A DNA stretch of 64,000 bases, from IMG/VR virus record IMGVR_UViG_3300018080_000122, positions 32,001 through 96,000 of that record. One strand, given 5' to 3'. Shown here in pieces: positions 56,230 to 64,000 of this stretch. The position numbers and the translations under genes are program-made. This DNA is from a virus. Position 1 is the stretch's first letter; every line of letters begins with the position of its first letter. Below the pieces are notes generated by a model. The model ran no database searches and was not told the DNA's origin. It was given only the letters and a program-made list of their open reading frames with translations.

Positions 56230-56653
56230 TGCCTTTACCCTCAATCCGCTTCATAATGTCCCGTGCTACCTGCCACCGCGTCTCCAAGAAATTCAATTTT
56301 CTCTGCTGCACGGCCTTCTTGGCTAGCAAGTCGTTGGGACGTAAGTTAGCGATCTTTGCCTGGATCTCGTCAATGGTAAGCTGCAGCACCATCTCGGCCG
56401 CAGGATCATCCCAAAGATTGCTGCTTCTAATAGCCTCCAACGCGTCCTCTAAAGAAGTTTTTGTCCCTGCCAATTTTCTACGAACAGCGTTTACGCCGTC
56501 AATCTCTTTCTTGAGTTTATGTATTTCTTCAGTCAGGGCCACGCGCTCCTCAGTCCCGCTGTTGTGAAGCAGAATCTCCATCGCTTCACGTATTCTATCC
56601 AACTTTACGCTGGACTGTTTAGAACGGGAAAAATCTCGTGAACGCTTCGACAC
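56213..56653 (-). CDS. coiled-coil hypothetical protein
   Basis: 146 aa, overlapping neighbours. Confidence 0.6.
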   Translation of the reverse strand: MSKRSRDFSRSKQSSVKLDRIREAMEILLHNSGTEERVALTEEIHKLKKEIDGVNAVRRKLAGTKTSLEDALEAIRSSNLWDDPAAEMVLQLTIDEIQAKIANLRPNDLLAKKAVQQRKLNFLETRWQVARDIMKRIEGKGNGCRS

Positions 56654-57953
56654 CGGCCGCTCCTGCCACCATTACGAGCCCAAAAGTAATTGCACCCTCT
56701 TCGATTTCTGGCCGGTCTGTGGCCGCTAACATCTCAGACACAAACCCATCTGTGCCTGTGCCTTCTGGAATGACCGTGTAGTGGATGCCTGTGTTCAGCA
56801 GCGCCAGCGGCAGATTGTCTATGATTTCTCTAATCTGATCCACGATTGCTGACAGCTGTTCAATACGCTCCTTGACCAGCTCCACCAAACGGTCGATGGC
56901 GTCAAAAGCAGACAGACCAACGTCAATCAAGGCTATGATCCGCTTCAGCCCTCCAATGATTTCATAGACAATTCCAAACGCCTGCCCCAACGACGCTAGC
57001 TTCGTCCAATCCGGCGGTCGCGACCACAGAGTCCAGTGTTGGATCGGCCTGAAATCCTCTGCGTAAATGGCCCAATCATTCACCTGCGGAGTCGACGCGT
57101 TTGGGGATGCGTCTGGATCAAACTGGAAAGAAGCTTCCAAGTTGTCCAGGTACAACGTCGAACCCGTCTTGCTCAGATACGTAACGGGCGTGGGAGATCT
57201 CCACGCACCAACGTCCGTCTTGACACCAGGATTTCTAATCCATACCTGCCCACTGGGAGGAAACAGTTCTGGTGTTGACACCGACACCGCTGGCGCGTTG
57301 GGATTTGACAAATCTACGCTGGTGATTGAGCATGCGCCAGGCGGCGGCGTCACAATGTTGTCTTCAAACGCGCTCTGCGCAGAGTCGGCCATTATCTGCA
57401 AGATTCGCTTGATCTCGGAGAGGAACGGGAGACCAAAGAAGTACTCTACGCCTTCAATAAGCTCCAGAAGATCCTGTGGCAGTGGCGTAATCAGAGAAAA
57501 CACAATAACGATGCCGCCAACAGAAGCGTCAGTGGTAAAGTTGGGCCTCTGAACGTCCCCGTAGTCGTAGAAGGAATCACTAGCCTGGAACAGCAACTCA
57601 TCCATTGTCTGGTCCAAGGGCCACCACTCAGGCAGAGTGGTTTGAATTCCTTCAACGACAACAGACCTGGTCTCAAACTCTGGTAGCAGTTTTGGACGAA
57701 TAACTAGAAAATAACCACCTGTGGCCTCGAAATCTGCGATGAAATTCTCGATGGTAGTTTTGAGTTGGATCAGTGTCTCACGAACAGGGTCAATGAAAGC
57801 CAGCATTTGGGCCTTCATCAGCACAGCTATGCCGTCGAGAGTGACGGCGGCAGACTCCATGACCGTAACTGCTGCCTCGACGGAAACGAGAATCGTTTCG
57901 ACATCGTCAGCTGGAATGAGATCTCCAAGTGTCAGTGATTTCCACTCAGCCAT
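56619..57953 (-). CDS. baseplate-region hypothetical protein
   Basis: 444 aa acidic/helical ORF located between the spike and gp25 genes. Confidence 0.65.
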   Translation of the reverse strand: MAEWKSLTLGDLIPADDVETILVSVEAAVTVMESAAVTLDGIAVLMKAQMLAFIDPVRETLIQLKTTIENFIADFEATGGYFLVIRPKLLPEFETRSVVVEGIQTTLPEWWPLDQTMDELLFQASDSFYDYGDVQRPNFTTDASVGGIVIVFSLITPLPQDLLELIEGVEYFFGLPFLSEIKRILQIMADSAQSAFEDNIVTPPPGACSITSVDLSNPNAPAVSVSTPELFPPSGQVWIRNPGVKTDVGAWRSPTPVTYLSKTGSTLYLDNLEASFQFDPDASPNASTPQVNDWAIYAEDFRPIQHWTLWSRPPDWTKLASLGQAFGIVYEIIGGLKRIIALIDVGLSAFDAIDRLVELVKERIEQLSAIVDQIREIIDNLPLALLNTGIHYTVIPEGTGTDGFVSEMLAATDRPEIEEGAITFGLVMVAGAAGVEAFTRFFPF

Positions 57954-57955
57954 TG

Positions 57956-59473
57956 TTACTCTAACTTTAGCTTGTCAGCCAGCAGAGACGTGGGTGGCGT
58001 AGGTGCACTTGCCGACGGTGGCGACCCTGGGCTGCTATGTGTGTGATTGTTGAATACTGTCACCAAGTTATTCAGATAATCTATCAGATCCTCTCCCTTG
58101 ACAGCTGTGGAAGTCCCGGTGCCGACGGTGGTCAGTCCAGCCAGGTTAGATAACCCCGTTACGGCCAGTTGGCCGCCAACACCTAGACCGCCGCCAATGG
58201 TGACCAGGGGAGTTAGAAAAAATATAGGTGAGGCGCTAATCTCTGTTATCGATATCCCAGACAGAATAAGCGGACCAGAAGAACTCATCACGATAGACGG
58301 AGCTTCTGCTGTTATGCTAGACGAGGCCAGCAAACTGATGGCAGCCGCAGTCAAAGTATAGTTGACCGCCGTCACGGAGAAATTACCGCCGATGGTGAAT
58401 GAGGCCGTCCCCGCCAAAACGGTGACGGTATAAGACCCTGAGATAACGTCAACGACGTACTGACCGACAGCCAACATTACTTTCTTGGAGCCCGGACCTA
58501 TAAAAGAAGTCCTGTCGTCGCCGCTGATGATCGTGGTGATCTTCGCCTCTACGTTGGCAAAAGCGTTACCAATCACCGTTTGCTTAGAAGACATCACTTG
58601 CTCTTCGATGCGTTGAGTGCTGGCAATGATGGCGTCCCCGGAGAGTAACTCGATGGCACCACGTGAAGACACAGACACTTTGGCGCAGTCCGTGACCAAC
58701 TGACCTGCTTCAATGTTCGTGTCGTAATTGCTCTTTACGAGGATGTCCCCCTCAGCCGACACCAGACGAATAGGTCCTTGGGCAGCCTGAAGATCAATCC
58801 CTTTTCCACCGTTCAACCAAATGAGGCCGCCAGCGCTTTCCATGCTGGAACCTTTGACCACATCAGTTTTGTTTCCAGACGTGCCTGCGAACCTATTGCC
58901 CACCGACTCGGAAGCCATACCTCCATCCGGCCTGATCTCGTAGTAAGCACCCGTGGGATGCCAGATCTGGCATCTCGGATTGTCCTCGGTGTTGTCCATC
59001 TCAATCTGCACGCCGGATGATCCACGAATCACAGTCGCACTGGGAAATTCTGTGACCATGGCAGGTGTAGGTGCACGCACCTCGATCTCAGCGTCATCGA
59101 TGTCAGTGATCGTGCTGGACGAATATCCCCGTGGATACTTTGTGGGGCCGTCTGGGAGGCCCTGAGCGTTCAGGGGTATCTCAGGCTGCCCATCAGGAGA
59201 AGCAAACCACTGTGCGGCCCAGATCGGCCTCTCAGGGTCACCTCCAATGAACGACGCCAGCACCCTATCACCAAGATTGATCTCAGGAGCGCTCTTGCCA
59301 CCAAAAACAGGGTTGGCCAGATAAGCCCAATTAGAAACAGTCGCTCCAAGAACCTCGGGAATGAGCAGCTTCACTCGGCACATTTTGAGGCCTGTGTCGA
59401 TTTCAGCAACTTCAGCCCGGTAGAGACCAAAGTAACGCTTGCGGCCATGTGAATCTACTACAGCGGAACCCAT
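57956..59473 (-). CDS. Baseplate central spike (gpV/gp5/VgrG-like)
   Basis: YFGLYRAEV..RVK..P..SNWA..P..GD.V..F.GGDPERP OB-fold, HPTG.YYEI, beta-helix repeats and FNNHTH apex. Confidence 0.88.
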   Translation of the reverse strand: MGSAVVDSHGRKRYFGLYRAEVAEIDTGLKMCRVKLLIPEVLGATVSNWAYLANPVFGGKSAPEINLGDRVLASFIGGDPERPIWAAQWFASPDGQPEIPLNAQGLPDGPTKYPRGYSSSTITDIDDAEIEVRAPTPAMVTEFPSATVIRGSSGVQIEMDNTEDNPRCQIWHPTGAYYEIRPDGGMASESVGNRFAGTSGNKTDVVKGSSMESAGGLIWLNGGKGIDLQAAQGPIRLVSAEGDILVKSNYDTNIEAGQLVTDCAKVSVSSRGAIELLSGDAIIASTQRIEEQVMSSKQTVIGNAFANVEAKITTIISGDDRTSFIGPGSKKVMLAVGQYVVDVISGSYTVTVLAGTASFTIGGNFSVTAVNYTLTAAAISLLASSSITAEAPSIVMSSSGPLILSGISITEISASPIFFLTPLVTIGGGLGVGGQLAVTGLSNLAGLTTVGTGTSTAVKGEDLIDYLNNLVTVFNNHTHSSPGSPPSASAPTPPTSLLADKLKLE

Positions 59474-59476
59474 TAG

Positions 59477-60691
59477 TTACACCTGAATGTCCCGTTGGTC
59501 CTGAAAAAGAATCGAGTCCGTATCTATTTCTACATATTCGGCCGACCCGGATTCAGAAGAAGACTTATCAGACAGCCTGTCAACTGCGGTCGCTTTCATT
59601 TCAAACGACCTCGACAGCTGCAGGGAAGTAGCCTGACCTCTAACTCCACTTACCAGGTGGCTCACCGACGACACGACATACACACCTTCAAAACGACCAA
59701 AACCCATGATATGCACGGGGGCCATGGGCGATATATTAGGCGAAAACGCGACTTCCGCCTCTACGGCACTAAGGAAAGCGTCTGCACGAGTGGCAGCTGA
59801 TGCCTCCAAAAGCGCGTCTGGGGCAGAGGGTCTATGACCCGCCCCCATTATAAATTTGTAATACTCCCCTCCAGTTATGTCGGAAGTGCTCCGTATCGCG
59901 CCCTTGTTTATGCCGTCTCGCACGGCCACAGTCATTTCGTTTTCATCAACACTGCCTGAGACCTGAAAAATTTCTCCAGTCACTGGATCGTAGTCTCTGC
60001 TGACGAAAATCCGCCCAACTTGCGTAGCCTCAACACCGCCGCGTATCGATTTCAGTTCTTTTCCGTAAGCCACACCAAAAACGTCAACAATGTTGCCCAG
60101 GAAAACTCTACGAAAATGGAGGACCTGTTTGTCCACGTACACTGCGAAGCCGTAGATCATGGCGCGACGTTGGAGCAGTTCAATGTCAGTCTCGCTGGCC
60201 TGCGTGACTTGTTCAAAAGCGTAGGGCGTCTCCTCTATAGTGCCAGCGACCTCATCCTCCGTTTTGAGAGAGTGTTCTTCAGCGATGATCTTCGCAATCT
60301 CAGAATCCGCCGTCTGCTTGAAACTGCGCTGCTTTTCTCCTTGGATCAGCCCAGGAGCGTTCGCGTAACCAGTCATGGTTAGTTTGGGTAAATTGCCCAC
60401 GCTGTAGTCCAAAGATGACGAATCTATAAAAAATTCCCCCTGGTCTATCTGTTCTTCTGTAGAGCCTGGGTAGCCCATATAAATCTTCACGATGTTCCCA
60501 GCATTGAAAATGTCTGCGTCCATCATGTTGGGGTTGCTAGGTTGATAGATGATTTGCATCCTGGCCAGACCAGAAATGCTTCTGGTGACAGACACGTCTG
60601 AGATGCCATTCTCAATGCCGAGATCTTCCAACGTGGAGTCGTTGAAAAGAACTCGGGCAACTGGTGTAGTGGGTAAGTTAGACTCAGCCAT
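59477..60691 (-). CDS. Baseplate hub (gpD/late control D-like)
   Basis: GNIVKIYMGY, RSF..DSEIA..IA, Q.SETD.ELL.R.A and RFEG.Y.V..V.H. Confidence 0.85.
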   Translation of the reverse strand: MAESNLPTTPVARVLFNDSTLEDLGIENGISDVSVTRSISGLARMQIIYQPSNPNMMDADIFNAGNIVKIYMGYPGSTEEQIDQGEFFIDSSSLDYSVGNLPKLTMTGYANAPGLIQGEKQRSFKQTADSEIAKIIAEEHSLKTEDEVAGTIEETPYAFEQVTQASETDIELLQRRAMIYGFAVYVDKQVLHFRRVFLGNIVDVFGVAYGKELKSIRGGVEATQVGRIFVSRDYDPVTGEIFQVSGSVDENEMTVAVRDGINKGAIRSTSDITGGEYYKFIMGAGHRPSAPDALLEASAATRADAFLSAVEAEVAFSPNISPMAPVHIMGFGRFEGVYVVSSVSHLVSGVRGQATSLQLSRSFEMKATAVDRLSDKSSSESGSAEYVEIDTDSILFQDQRDIQV

Positions 60692-61004
60692 TAGCATGCT
60701 TTTGGAACACGGACTGCCCAGGCACAATCAACCTGTCACCGTCCTCGACTGCGTAAGGATCGTAAATCTCACTGGCCTCCGCAACGAGCCACCAATCCAT
60801 TTCGTTTTTGGTCAGACGCATAGCCAACAGGTCCAGAGGCGCGGATGATGAGTACGCCACCGAAGTGAAATCAGACTCTAGGTCCAGTTCAAAAAAGATG
60901 TCTGGAGCCACGTATAGTCTGGTTTCGGTCTGCCCTTGGGCATTCTCTCGTACGATCCCATACACCTTGTGATTGTAGTAACGAGAACCTCTTCGTCTTG
61001 GCAT
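60684..61004 (-). CDS. LysM/tail X-like baseplate protein
   Basis: SRY..LDLLA..WWLVAEAS.I.DP..G..LIVP. Confidence 0.75.
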   Translation of the reverse strand: MPRRRGSRYYNHKVYGIVRENAQGQTETRLYVAPDIFFELDLESDFTSVAYSSSAPLDLLAMRLTKNEMDWWLVAEASEIYDPYAVEDGDRLIVPGQSVFQKHANG

Positions 61005-61016
61005 GATACGCCTCGC

Positions 61017-62006
61017 TTACTTGGACGCTTCCAGCCCAGCTTGAATGCGGATGTCTTTGTCCGTCAGGAGATTTCTCCTAGCGGTTGACCCCAGAGACAG
61101 CAGATTCTCCAAGGCGCGTATCCTCGCCTGAAATCTCTCCAACTGAGCGGAGCTGTAAGATATCCCATAAAAACTCTTGGCCTTCTTGCGCTCTTCTCGC
61201 CCCTGCTTCAAAATCTCCAGCTCCGCCCGCAGTTTCCTCTGTATAGCGAGATCTTCTATTTCCAGTTCCTGCTCAACAGTGAGCTTAGGTGTAGGAACAG
61301 TTATCCTTGACTTCCTTGAATCCAGAGTGCGTTCGACTTCCTGGAAAGACAGGCCTACAACGGCCCCTGTCTGAACGCCTTTTGACCAGGATTTGTGGTT
61401 GACCGTCATGGACTCAAGGTAGCAGACCATAGAAAAAGTCTGACCCAACATGAGCAGAAGCACCACCTGCTGCCCAACTTTTGCGTTATCGCTGTAGGTG
61501 ACGTAGACCATATCAGCACAGCGTCTGAGGAAATCTAAAATCTGCTCGACGGGACCTTCAGGTTTTCTGGTTACGTTGGTGACCCCTTTTCCTGGGGGCG
61601 CATGAAACCACAAGAAATAGGGTTTATAGAAAGAATCATCCCAGAGCTCAGTCAGCTCTCCAAACACGTCGTCTAAAACAATGGAGAAATCTATCTTGAA
61701 AGGCCCACTACCCATGAAGCCTTCGGTTCCGCGTCCCTGCTGCTTGCCGCGCAGTTTCTTGGCCGCGCCTGAAATCCTTACCTCAGCAGGAAAGAACGGT
61801 AAATATAAATACGAATTGGTAGAAGTCAGGTCGGCTTGCACACTGGACGACTTCCCTGGGTCAGCTCCCTGTTTCGTAGCAACGGAGAGATCTCCAAACG
61901 TAGCGGTGGGGAGCACCTCCAAGTAGATCCTTTTTTCAATCGGTACCGGAAGATCTGGCCACGCGTGCCAATCCCCGGACTTGAAACCCACGTCAACATC
62001 TACCAT
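61017..62006 (-). CDS. Putative tail tube initiator-like protein
   Basis: PFFPAEV..FSIVLD..YLESMTV..A.V.LSFQE pattern. Confidence 0.55.
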   Translation of the reverse strand: MVDVDVGFKSGDWHAWPDLPVPIEKRIYLEVLPTATFGDLSVATKQGADPGKSSSVQADLTSTNSYLYLPFFPAEVRISGAAKKLRGKQQGRGTEGFMGSGPFKIDFSIVLDDVFGELTELWDDSFYKPYFLWFHAPPGKGVTNVTRKPEGPVEQILDFLRRCADMVYVTYSDNAKVGQQVVLLLMLGQTFSMVCYLESMTVNHKSWSKGVQTGAVVGLSFQEVERTLDSRKSRITVPTPKLTVEQELEIEDLAIQRKLRAELEILKQGREERKKAKSFYGISYSSAQLERFQARIRALENLLSLGSTARRNLLTDKDIRIQAGLEASK

Positions 62007-62857
62007 TACCCACCTCCAGATGTCGGAGGAATATATTTCGTGCTGCCAGATCCGTCGGATCGTTCAATGTAAGCGTTGTAGTAGTTGGGGCCTCCCCGGC
62101 TGAGCCATTCCGCATTTTCTACTTGTGTGATGGTGGCCTCCACCAGATTCAAAGAAACAATCGCGGTCTGAGGAAGCCCTCTGTCTCCAAAATTGAAGAT
62201 CTTGGCGTCAAACTTGGCCACATTCACCAGGATCGGATCGCTTCTGGTCCATACCAGATAAAAGGCGGGGTGCATATCCGCCTTGTCATTGAGAGTTGGC
62301 TCGCCAGTTCTGGTCGCGTCTGCTATCCCAGTGGTTATTTTTGATAGGGCGGCCGTCAAGAATCTGATGCTGGCTACGACTACATTCTCTCTACCTTCAC
62401 CGTAAAGGAAAAACTCCCTTTTATCTTTGGACAGCTCCCTGTCGCCCACGCCTCCTGTAGCCACAAACCTGTCTTCAGTTGTCCACAAAGACAGACTGTC
62501 TATCCCAGGGAGAGTCAACTGGGGGTTGTCATCGGATTGAATCCACTCTTCGTCCCTGGATCGAATCTCATCATGGTATTGGAGCCTGTCAGGCTCACTC
62601 ATAGTGTTGTCCAGCAGTAACTGCATGGATATTTCTGTGGCAGCCACTCCAGAGAAAGGCATTGTGGATCTCTTCCCAGTGACCTTCTTGGCCTTCACAG
62701 TACTTTTCACTGACTGGGGCCAGTACTGAAAGTCCATACGAGGAGCACGAATGCCAGAAACAGTTCGAACGCGGTCATACCCAACGACCGACAGGTTACC
62801 GTCCTTCGGCGGGATAAGAAGAACTAGAGACATGATATCTGTGGCGTCTCTGGCCAT
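62006..62857 (-). CDS. Putative tail tube initiator (CIS-tube/Afp7-like)
   Basis: FQYWPQS..ISMQLLLD..LVW..F..GLP..A.V.L.L.E pattern. Confidence 0.6.
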   Translation of the reverse strand: MARDATDIMSLVLLIPPKDGNLSVVGYDRVRTVSGIRAPRMDFQYWPQSVKSTVKAKKVTGKRSTMPFSGVAATEISMQLLLDNTMSEPDRLQYHDEIRSRDEEWIQSDDNPQLTLPGIDSLSLWTTEDRFVATGGVGDRELSKDKREFFLYGEGRENVVVASIRFLTAALSKITTGIADATRTGEPTLNDKADMHPAFYLVWTRSDPILVNVAKFDAKIFNFGDRGLPQTAIVSLNLVEATITQVENAEWLSRGGPNYYNAYIERSDGSGSTKYIPPTSGGG

Positions 62858-64000
62858 TATCTGTTCCTAAATCTCTGGCGTAAGTCTCCTAACGCAGACG
62901 AACTCCGTCCCAACGGATTCCTACCCGTTGCTCCAATTTTGTGCTCCGTCGTGTGCTCCTCAGTGCGCCCGTCCACGTTGATCTCGTTGGTGATTTGGAC
63001 AGTTTGCTCGTCACCAAATACAGATGTTGGCGCGCCACCAAATTCGCCCAGCCCACCAAACGCACTGTCCAGCTTGTCATTCAGGCTGGCCACCATAGAG
63101 TCCATGTTGGCCATAAACCCTGCAGCGTCTTCCTGTTTCTGCTTATTCACAGACTCAAAAGCAGCATTAGTCCCTCCGCGTTTGGCGCCCCCGGCCGGGA
63201 ACTCGGGTATGCCCGCAATGCTAGTAAGGTCTCCAAATCCTGGGACAGCCCCAAAAGATATGAAATTCAGGAGTTCTGACAACGCAAATATTAACAGCAG
63301 AACTCCAGCGGCAATTGCGGTTACCGTCAAGAATATGGGGGCTAAGGCAATATCCAAAGCTGTGGCCGCACCAGCTGCTGCAGTGGTGGTTCCAGCGAAT
63401 ACTGCTTGTATTGCGCTGTATATGCCCGTCACATAGGCCAATCCCTTTGTGACCACTAATATGCCTCCTTGCACAATCTTCTGGAATGCCAGCGCAGCCG
63501 TTGCCGCTTTGGTGTAGAGCCATTGCAGCGCGAAGGCGGCAGCAACTAGACCAATCACAAAGCTAAGCGCCTTGCCCACGCCCCAAACCAACCACGCAGT
63601 CACTGTCCAATCTTCAAGTATATTAACCAGCTCGTACACAACAGACCACAAGAAGGTTACGATGCGAACTAGAAACATGAACATACCAATGACAGTTCCA
63701 AGCACGAAACCAACAATAGTAAACGCCCCAGCTAACCCTGTTATCAAAATGTTAGCTAAGTGAAGAACCTGCTTGGTAACCAATTTTATAGGCACCAACA
63801 ACTCTTCTATGAAATTCTTGAAACTGCCAAACGGCGCAACTAGCCCCTCAATAACCATGATCCCCAAGAATCGGATGCCTAACCACAGCTGACGTAGATA
63901 GCCCAACATTTCTTTTGCGGCATCGCCAAAGAACTCTCTGGCGCCTCCCCAATTCTTCACGAGAGCAGTAGCTACGATGCCAACTAAAGCTCCGAGAATA
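62857..64000 (-). CDS. Tape measure protein, C-terminal part (runs off the window)
   Basis: Ala/Gly/Leu-rich helical hydrophobic ORF open to the window edge, upstream of the baseplate genes; ends with ITNEINVDG. Confidence 0.8.
   Translation of the reverse strand, partial: ILGALVGIVATALVKNWGGAREFFGDAAKEMLGYLRQLWLGIRFLGIMVIEGLVAPFGSFKNFIEELLVPIKLVTKQVLHLANILITGLAGAFTIVGFVLGTVIGMFMFLVRIVTFLWSVVYELVNILEDWTVTAWLVWGVGKALSFVIGLVAAAFALQWLYTKAATAALAFQKIVQGGILVVTKGLAYVTGIYSAIQAVFAGTTTAAAGAATALDIALAPIFLTVTAIAAGVLLLIFALSELLNFISFGAVPGFGDLTSIAGIPEFPAGGAKRGGTNAAFESVNKQKQEDAAGFMANMDSMVASLNDKLDSAFGGLGEFGGAPTSVFGDEQTVQITNEINVDGRTEEHTTEHKIGATGRNPLGRSSSALGDLRQRFRNR

Noticed and set aside
55831-62857. Bacterial T6SS or stand-alone eCIS locus
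   Set aside because: No TssJLM/ClpV genes; contiguous with a tape measure gene and phage-type replication and accessory genes.
27751-63763. Numerous plus-strand ORFs over the structural arm (and minus-strand ORFs over the left arm)
   Set aside because: They are antisense shadows of longer motif-bearing genes and lack RBSs or recognisable motifs.
1-64000. Stop-codon reassignment, tRNA or rRNA genes
   Set aside because: Genes are intact and densely packed in the standard code using all three stops; no cloverleaf or rRNA-like segment was recognised.

Overview
This 64 kb window is part of a large tailed (myovirus-like) bacteriophage genome, arranged as two convergent arms that meet at about 27425. 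The plus-strand arm (1-27424) starts with the right end of a CRISPR array (36-bp repeat, 13 spacers visible) directly followed by a compact 510-aa TnpB/Cas12f-like type V effector. An accessory region follows, containing eight small proteins that share the N-terminal peptide MK[IVT]RxGFVSNSS[ST][ST]S[FY], immediately upstream of a radical SAM enzyme with a Cys-rich C-terminal domain. Next comes a DNA metabolism block: intein-containing SF2 helicase, RecA, a resolvase/Cas4-like nuclease with a mini-intein, RuvC, two DNA methyltransferases, an AAA+ ATPase, HU, a deoxynucleoside kinase and thymidine kinase. The minus-strand arm (27426-64000) is a late operon: end of the tape measure gene, contractile-tail baseplate genes resembling eCIS/P2 homologues, many modular tail fibre/tailspike-like proteins, lipoproteins and envelope hydrolases. 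The best candidates for undescribed biology are the GFVSNSSSSSF-tag/radical SAM cluster and the miniature phage type V CRISPR system, which has an anti-repeat overlapping the effector RBS. All calls come from motif recognition by eye; no database searches were run.
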